Source of the DNA: an uncultured Prolixibacteraceae bacterium
GTDB lineage: Bacteria; Bacteroidota; Bacteroidia; Bacteroidales; FEN-979
Length of the DNA stretch: 64,000 nt
Direction of reading: 5' to 3'
Assembly (NCBI GenBank): GCA_964605775.1
Contig: CAZSDU010000007.1
Location: 18,256 to 82,255 of the forward strand
The stretch's first letter is position 1. The number at the start of each line of letters is the position of its first letter. The translations under genes and the position numbers were made by a program. This document shows positions 58,582-64,000 of this stretch, piece after piece. The notes below the pieces were generated by a model. The model saw only the letters and a list, made by a program, of their open reading frames with translations. It had not been told where the DNA came from and made no database searches.

Positions 58582-58698
58582 ATGAAAGTCAGAACATCCA
58601 TAAAAAAACGGTCGGCAGATTGCAAAATCGTCCGGAGGAAGGGAAAACTTTTTGTCATCAACAAAAAGAATCCTAAATTCAAACAAAGACAAGGTTAA
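58582..58698 (+). CDS. rpmJ: 50S ribosomal protein L36 (Zn-ribbon-free form)
   Basis: Not in the ORF track (38 aa). Hand translation gives [38 protein letters not shown]. Only one of the four canonical Zn ligands is present. Confidence 0.92.
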   Translation: MKVRTSIKKRSADCKIVRRKGKLFVINKKNPKFKQRQG

Positions 58699-58721
58699 AA
58701 ACAAACAAAAAATCGATCAAT

Positions 58722-59102
58722 ATGGCCAGAATTGCAGGTATTGACTTACCTAAAAACAAGCAGGGCGAAATTGGGCTGACCTATATTTACGGTATTGGTA
58801 GAAGCACTGCCCAGAAGATCCTAAACCTTGCAGGTGTTAGCCTGGATAAAAAGGTTCAGGATTGGACCGATGATGAGCAGAACAGGATCAGAACAATCAT
58901 CAATGATAATTATAAAATTGAAGGCGCGCTCCGTTCGGAGGTTCAGATGAATATCAAGCGTTTGATGGATATCGGTTGCTACCGTGGAATCCGTCATCGT
59001 CTGGGGTTGCCGGTTCGCGGACAAAGTACCAAGAACAACGCCCGTACCCGCAAGGGAAGGAAAAAAACGGTTGCCAACAAGAAAAAAGCAACAAAAGGTT
59101 AA
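58722..59102 (+). CDS. rpsM: 30S ribosomal protein S13
   Basis: A 126-aa protein with [10 protein letters not shown] and [17 protein letters not shown]. Confidence 0.96.
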   Translation: MARIAGIDLPKNKQGEIGLTYIYGIGRSTAQKILNLAGVSLDKKVQDWTDDEQNRIRTIINDNYKIEGALRSEVQMNIKRLMDIGCYRGIRHRLGLPVRGQSTKNNARTRKGRKKTVANKKKATKG

Positions 59103-59130
59103 TGGTTAACGAAGACAGTAATCGTAGCAT

Positions 59131-59520
59131 ATGGCAAAGACTGAAAAAAGTTCAAAGAAAAGGATAGTGAAGGTTGATGCAATAGGGAAAGCCTATATCA
59201 ATGCATCATTCAACAATCTCATCGTCACACTGACCAACAATAACGGGCAGGTGATCAGTTGGTCCTCAGCAGGAAAAATGGGTTTTAAAGGCTCAAAAAA
59301 GAATACTCCTTATGCTGCCCAGATGGCCTCTCAGGATGCATCCAAGGTGGCATACGATCTTGGTTTGAGAAAGGTGAAAGTGTTTGTTAAAGGGCCAGGA
59401 GCCGGTCGTGAGTCCGCTATCCGTACCTTACATTCCGCCGGAATCGAAGTGATGGAAATCATGGATATCACCCCGTTGCCTCACAACGGATGCCGCCCAC
59501 CAAAAAGAAGAAGAGTTTAA
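59131..59520 (+). CDS. rpsK: 30S ribosomal protein S11
   Basis: A 129-aa protein with [21 protein letters not shown] and [17 protein letters not shown]. Confidence 0.96.
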   Translation: MAKTEKSSKKRIVKVDAIGKAYINASFNNLIVTLTNNNGQVISWSSAGKMGFKGSKKNTPYAAQMASQDASKVAYDLGLRKVKVFVKGPGAGRESAIRTLHSAGIEVMEIMDITPLPHNGCRPPKRRRV

Positions 59521-59541
59521 CCTATATTTATATCTATTACC

Positions 59542-60147
59542 ATGGCAAGATACATTGGCCCGAAGTCAAAGATTGCAAGAAAATTCAGGGATCCTATTTA
59601 TGGACCTGATAAAAATTTTGAAAAAAAGAATTATCCTCCCGGAATGCACGGACAAACCAAAAGACGTCCAAAATCATCGGAATATGGTACCCAGCTGATG
59701 GAGAAACAAAAAGCCAAATATACCTATGGCATCCTTGAAAAACAATTTAAGAATACCTTTCTAAAAGCTGCAAGAAAAGGTGGTATTACCGGTTCGGTAT
59801 TGCTCCAGCTTATTGAATCGCGTCTTGATAATGTGGTTTATCGCCTGGGAATTGCTCCGACAAGAAGTGCTGCCCGCCAGCTTATCGGACACCGACATAT
59901 TACGGTGAACGGAAAAGTAGTGAACGTGCCTTCCTTTGAATTACGACCGGGAGATATCGTAGCGGTCAGAGAGCGTTCCAAATCACTTGAAGTCATCACG
60001 GACTCTGTTTCTTCTCACGGAAATCCATATCCCTGGCTGGAATGGGATCGTGGTATGCTGACTGGAAAATTTATGAATTATCCGGAACGTGACCAGATCC
60101 CGGAAAACATCAGAGAACAACTGATTGTTGAATTATACTCGAAGTAA
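59542..60147 (+). CDS. rpsD: 30S ribosomal protein S4
   Basis: A 201-aa protein with [15 protein letters not shown] and an S4 RNA-binding domain ([31 protein letters not shown]). Confidence 0.96.
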   Translation: MARYIGPKSKIARKFRDPIYGPDKNFEKKNYPPGMHGQTKRRPKSSEYGTQLMEKQKAKYTYGILEKQFKNTFLKAARKGGITGSVLLQLIESRLDNVVYRLGIAPTRSAARQLIGHRHITVNGKVVNVPSFELRPGDIVAVRERSKSLEVITDSVSSHGNPYPWLEWDRGMLTGKFMNYPERDQIPENIREQLIVELYSK

Positions 60148-60201
60148 TAATCAGCAGGGATGGTCTGAGATCACCCGGCCTTTAACTTAAAAACTGAAAA
60201 T

Positions 60202-61194
60202 ATGGCAATATTACCGTTCCAGAAACCTGATAAGGTAATCATGGTGGAAGCCGATGATTGCCGCGGTGTTTTTGAATTCCGCCCGCTTGAACCCGGCTTT
60301 GGTGTAACCATCGGAAATTCACTCAGAAGGATATTGCTTTCCTCACTGGAAGGCTTTGCCATCACCTCCATCAAAATGGAAGGTGTGGATCAGGAATTTT
60401 CTACCATCAAAGGGGTTATCGAAGATGTCACCGAAATCATCCTGAATTTAAAGCAAATCCGTTTTAAACGTCTGATCGATTCTGAAACATCTGAAAAAGT
60501 TACTGTGATTATTGCCCAGCAGAAAGATTTTAAAGCAGGCGATATCAACAAATTTCTTTCGGTCTTTCAGGTACTGAACCCTGAGATCATCATTTGCCAT
60601 ATGGAATCGAACGTCAGACTGACCATCGAATTATCCATCGACAAAGGTCGGGGTTATGTTCCTGCTGAGGAAAATAAGACGCTGACTTCTTCTCTTGGCA
60701 GAATTGCCATCGATTCAGTGCATACTCCAATAAAAAATGTGACCTTTAATATTGAGAATTTCAGGGTTGAACAGAAAACCGACTACGAAAAACTCCTGAT
60801 CGAGGTGGAAACGGATGGATCTATTCATCCTAAGAATGCGTTGAAAGAAGCAGCTAAAATTCTTATTCATCACTTTATGCTGTTTTCCGATGAAAAGATC
60901 ACCCTCGATTCTGCTGAAAAAGCCGTCACCGAAGAATTTGACGAAACCTCTTTACATATTCGCCAGTTACTTAAAACAAAATTGGTTGATCTTGACCTTT
61001 CCGTGAGGGCATTAAACTGCCTGAAAGCTGCCGATGTGGAAACATTGGGAGACCTGGTTGCCTTCAACAAAAACGATCTCCTGAAATTTAGAAACTTTGG
61101 CAAGAAATCGCTGACCGAACTGGAAGAGCTTGTCAGGGCTAAAGGTCTGGAGTTTGGTATGAATACTACGAAATATAAATTAGATAAGGATTAA
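60202..61194 (+). CDS. rpoA: DNA-directed RNA polymerase subunit alpha
   Basis: A 330-aa protein with an N-terminal assembly domain ([25 protein letters not shown]) and a C-terminal helix-hairpin-helix domain ([23 protein letters not shown]). Confidence 0.96.
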   Translation: MAILPFQKPDKVIMVEADDCRGVFEFRPLEPGFGVTIGNSLRRILLSSLEGFAITSIKMEGVDQEFSTIKGVIEDVTEIILNLKQIRFKRLIDSETSEKVTVIIAQQKDFKAGDINKFLSVFQVLNPEIIICHMESNVRLTIELSIDKGRGYVPAEENKTLTSSLGRIAIDSVHTPIKNVTFNIENFRVEQKTDYEKLLIEVETDGSIHPKNALKEAAKILIHHFMLFSDEKITLDSAEKAVTEEFDETSLHIRQLLKTKLVDLDLSVRALNCLKAADVETLGDLVAFNKNDLLKFRNFGKKSLTELEELVRAKGLEFGMNTTKYKLDKD

Positions 61195-61199
61195 TTGAA

Positions 61200-61745
61200 A
61201 TGAGACACCAGAAGAGAATTAACCACCTGGGAAGAAAGAGTGCACATCGGAAAGCCATGCTCTCAAATATGGCCGCCTCGCTGATCATTCATAAAAAGAT
61301 CAATACTACCCTTGCAAAAGCAAAAGCTTTACGCTCATATGTTGAACCTCTTTTGACTAAATCAAAAGAAGATTCCACCCATTCAAGGCGGCTTGTGTTT
61401 AGTCAACTGCAAAACAAAGAAGCAGTTTCGGAATTGTTCCGTGAAATATCGAAAAAGATCGCTGAACGTCCCGGTGGATATACCCGTATCCTGAAAACAG
61501 GGTTCCGTGAGGGTGATAATGCAGAAATGTGCCTTATTGAGCTCGTTGACTATAATGAAAACCTGCTCAACCTGAAAAAGGATGATGAAAAGGCTAAAAC
61601 CACCCGCAGAAAGAGAAGTACTAAGAAAAAAGAAGGGGAAGAAAAACCTGAAAAAGTTTCCAAAAAAACTACCCCTGTATCTTCTGAGGAAGTAAAACCG
61701 GAAGTTAAGGCGGAAACAGAAACATCATCCGGGGAAAATTTATAA
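61200..61745 (+). CDS. rplQ: 50S ribosomal protein L17 (with Lys/Glu-rich C-terminal extension)
   Basis: A 181-aa protein with [21 protein letters not shown] and GGYTRILK, plus a ~60-aa low-complexity tail. Confidence 0.95.
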   Translation: MRHQKRINHLGRKSAHRKAMLSNMAASLIIHKKINTTLAKAKALRSYVEPLLTKSKEDSTHSRRLVFSQLQNKEAVSELFREISKKIAERPGGYTRILKTGFREGDNAEMCLIELVDYNENLLNLKKDDEKAKTTRRKRSTKKKEGEEKPEKVSKKTTPVSSEEVKPEVKAETETSSGENL

Positions 61746-61777
61746 GTCCGGAGTTTTCTTTTACCTTACGCAAGATC

Positions 61778-61810
61778 AACCTTTTCCATTTTTAGGAAAA
61801 GGTTTTTTTG
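61778..61810 (+). terminator. Rho-independent terminator ending the ribosomal cluster
   Basis: A 10-bp stem AACCTTTTCC/GGAAAAGGTT (61778-61787 with 61795-61804) has a 7-nt loop and is followed by TTTTTGTTT. Confidence 0.8.
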
Positions 61811-61855
61811 TTTAGTTCGGAAAGTGTTCATATATTCGTCGATGATTTTTTTAAG

Positions 61856-62932
61856 ATGAAAAGATTTGCCATCTTACTTATTCTATTGCTGCTGACCTCT
61901 TTTCAGACATTTACCCAAACAAATCAGGCGGATAAACCGGTAGTTTCCCAAATGGCAAATACCTGGCAACTGGGAGTGAATATAGGTCCCGATTTCTATT
62001 ATGGCGATCTCGGCCCATCCCATCTTTTACCAAACAGAAACATCCACCTGGCGGGAAGTGTACTTTTTGGAAGGCAATTTTCCAACGTCTTCGGATTAAG
62101 ACTACAATTGCTATTTGGAGGATTAACCGGCGAAAAAAAGTCTCCATTCGGGGGAAAAGATATCACTCAGTCATTTACTGGAAGTGTACTGGAATTCAAT
62201 ACCAATGCAACTGTAAATTTTTTTAATTTATTCAGCCCTTATAAACCTTCCAGGCGCTTTTTTATATATGGCACCATCGGTATAGGCGTGACGAACTGGA
62301 GAACTCAAAAGACTACCACTTCCACGGATGGGGTGACGTCCATCGACAATCCCCCGCAATGGAAATCTGCTGCCGTAGTGCCTCTTGGACTGGGTGCCTA
62401 TTACAGTCTGGGGAACAGAATCAATCTTGGACTGGAATGGACCTTCCGGATGGCATTTTCAGATATGCTTGACCAAACCCAGGGTGGATTTAAATACGAT
62501 GTTTATGATTACCTTGCTGTTGGCATAACCATAAAACTAGGAAAAGGGGGAAAGAAATCAATGAAAATGCTTGACTATTCCCACCCGGTGATTCCGACTC
62601 AGAATATTGTACCTGTACAACCCGAAACTGACTATCCGAGGATAGCACCTCCCGCGGTGGAAGAAAGTATTCCCGGAGATTATTTATATTCTGTACAGGT
62701 TTGTGCCTTTAATAAACATAGATACAATACAAACTGGGTTCGTAAGCATTACCGTCTGAAACAACCGGTAAGAATGGAAAAAGAGGGAAGCATGGAAAGA
62801 TTTCTCATTGGGAATTATAAGGATATTGAACTGGCCAGGGAATTATGCCAGTCCCTCATCAAACAAGGTATTCGGGATGCTTTTGTGGTCACCTATAAAG
62901 ATGGAGTACGCCAGAATCGTTATACCCCCTGA
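61856..62932 (+). CDS. Outer-membrane beta-barrel-like protein fused to a C-terminal SPOR (peptidoglycan-binding) domain
   Basis: The start is set at MKRFAILLILLLLTSFQTFTQ, because the track ORF begins at a TTG inside the terminator T-run. Alternating aromatic/Gly beta-strand pattern (WQLGVNIGPDFYYGDL, FGLRLQLLFGGLTG, FFIYGTIGIGVTNW, LGLEWTFRMAFSD) is followed by a SPOR-like end (YSVQVCAFNK..ERFLIGNYKDIELARELCQSLIKQGIRDAFVV). Confidence 0.65.
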   Translation: MKRFAILLILLLLTSFQTFTQTNQADKPVVSQMANTWQLGVNIGPDFYYGDLGPSHLLPNRNIHLAGSVLFGRQFSNVFGLRLQLLFGGLTGEKKSPFGGKDITQSFTGSVLEFNTNATVNFFNLFSPYKPSRRFFIYGTIGIGVTNWRTQKTTTSTDGVTSIDNPPQWKSAAVVPLGLGAYYSLGNRINLGLEWTFRMAFSDMLDQTQGGFKYDVYDYLAVGITIKLGKGGKKSMKMLDYSHPVIPTQNIVPVQPETDYPRIAPPAVEESIPGDYLYSVQVCAFNKHRYNTNWVRKHYRLKQPVRMEKEGSMERFLIGNYKDIELARELCQSLIKQGIRDAFVVTYKDGVRQNRYTP

Positions 62933-64000
62933 TTATTTACAAACCTGCCCGATAAATTTAAGGTATTCCGGTTCGCTTAAACCCATACTCACGGCTTTCC
63001 TGAAATCACTGCATGCAATGGTTGAGATACCCAGGAAATAATTTGCAAGACCACGGTTGTAATAAATGGTTTTTAGTGTGTTGTTATCAGTTTGAACGGC
63101 ATAATTGATGGCGACATCAAAATCACCGATTGCTCCTTGATAATCTGCCATTTTAAGCCGGCAATTTCCACGGTAATTGTAAACAGAGGTGATATTGGTC
63201 TGGGGTTTTAACTCCAGCGCACGGTTGAAATTTTTCAGTGCCTCGCTATAATTTCCATTTTCATATTTCCATATCCCCTCCCAATAAATTTTGTAATAAT
63301 CGTTCTGAATTTCAGGAGGGGTAGAGGGTGTATTTGGTGTACTGCTGGGCAAGGTATTTATCGTAAGGGAGTTGGGGGTAAACTTATAATTCCGGCAGTT
63401 TTCCCGTATCATATTATCCATACTGACATCCTTGAATCCAAGTTGAACAGCAGTTTGCCAGTCCTGACAAGCTCCTGCATTGTCTTTTGAGTTGAATCTC
63501 GCGACTCCTCTGTTATAGATAGTGGTCAACCAGGCTGAATAATAACTCTGGTCGTTGGGTTTTAAAGCAACAGCCCGGTCGAAATCCTGAAGCGCTGGAA
63601 GGAGTTCTCCCATCTTTTGCCTTGCATTGGCCCGGTATGCATAAGTCAGGAAGAAATCCGAGTAAGGAGGAGATTTTGATGCTTCAGTCAGGTCAATGAC
63701 TGCTTCGCGGTGATTCCCCATGGCATAATTGGAGACCCCGCGTTTGTAAAATTCTTCAGGTGATTTCGGGGTTCCGGTATATTGAGGAACCGCAATGGAT
63801 CCGGCATTATATCTAATAAATCCCCGGAAAATATCAAAATTCAGTTCATAATAGGAACTGCGGAATAACTTGTCCCTGTCCTTGGGATCCAGGTAAGGAA
63901 GGTAAAGTTTTTTCTTGTTCATCACCTGAATGAGGCGGAAACGGGCAAGGTTTTCCCCGTTGATCTGAACCGGCATGAAGGCAATCAGGAGATTAATGGA
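62933..64000 (-). CDS. TPR-repeat protein (N-terminus probably outside window)
   Basis: There are two blocks of TPR-like repeats (AVIDLTEA.., ALQDFDRAVALKPND.., ALKNFNRALELKPQ.., AIGDFDVAINY..), each ending in a GAC.DW..A..LG-type motif. The frame stays open upstream of the Met at 63976 to the window edge (SINLLIAF). Confidence 0.7.
   Translation of the reverse strand, partial: SINLLIAFMPVQINGENLARFRLIQVMNKKKLYLPYLDPKDRDKLFRSSYYELNFDIFRGFIRYNAGSIAVPQYTGTPKSPEEFYKRGVSNYAMGNHREAVIDLTEASKSPPYSDFFLTYAYRANARQKMGELLPALQDFDRAVALKPNDQSYYSAWLTTIYNRGVARFNSKDNAGACQDWQTAVQLGFKDVSMDNMIRENCRNYKFTPNSLTINTLPSSTPNTPSTPPEIQNDYYKIYWEGIWKYENGNYSEALKNFNRALELKPQTNITSVYNYRGNCRLKMADYQGAIGDFDVAINYAVQTDNNTLKTIYYNRGLANYFLGISTIACSDFRKAVSMGLSEPEYLKFIGQVCK

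Noticed and set aside
1-64000. Search for CRISPR arrays, IS elements, integrases, tRNA/rRNA genes, toxin-antitoxin pairs or defence-system hallmarks (nucleases, STAND/AAA ATPases, reverse transcriptases, methylase-restriction pairs)
   Set aside because: I could not find any by eye or in the ORF translations. The only tandem repeat is the 8-mer array at 10006-10040, and the only methyltransferase is a TylF-type small-molecule enzyme with no nuclease partner. I therefore do not claim a mobile or defence element in this window.

Overview
This 64-kb chromosomal window comes from a member of the phylum Bacteroidota. Supporting evidence: a T9SS C-terminal sorting domain on a 1220-aa secreted protein, fused SecDF, the DUF4492-cydAB and DUF4290-murA gene pairs, TAnnTTTG -7 promoter boxes in at least nine intergenic gaps, almost no Shine-Dalgarno sequences, and a str-S10-spc-alpha ribosomal supercluster that carries map instead of adk and lacks tuf. 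I annotate 71 protein-coding genes, including three small ones absent from the ORF track: rpmD, rpmJ and a candidate 36-aa membrane peptide. Positions 1-43.4 kb hold housekeeping, respiratory and envelope genes on both strands: valS, an Hdr-like redox trio, rsmE, a T9SS cargo protein, the LemA-TPM-TPM genes followed by DUF4492-cydAB, htpG, ilvE, pyrF, prfA, purM-like, an OmpA-family protein, secDF, a decarboxylase/deoxyhypusine-synthase-like pair, an ABC transporter, dnaJ-grpE, murA and uvrD. A small accessory-looking islet follows, with an LruC-domain protein and a TylF-like methyltransferase. Positions 43.7-61.7 kb are a 33-gene ribosomal protein/secY/rpoA cluster on the + strand. I found no rRNA, tRNA, CRISPR array, transposase/integrase, prophage remnant or recognisable defence system, and I cannot point to a clear-cut novel multi-gene system. 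Seven items deserve follow-up. (1) A tightly coupled HdrA-like / ferredoxin / membrane-anchored HdrD-like trio. (2) An orphan promoter followed by about 200 nt of mutually exclusive RNA helices just upstream of the rpsL promoter. (3) An unannotated CydX-like small ORF and an 8-bp tandem repeat downstream of cydB. (4) A G8 homopolymer early in the LruC-domain gene. (5) MurA with Asp at the fosfomycin-target Cys position. (6) An OmpA-family protein with a degenerate retropepsin-like C-terminal domain. (7) A stand-alone NTF2-Cache lipoprotein. All functional calls rest on my recognition of sequence motifs. No database search was run.
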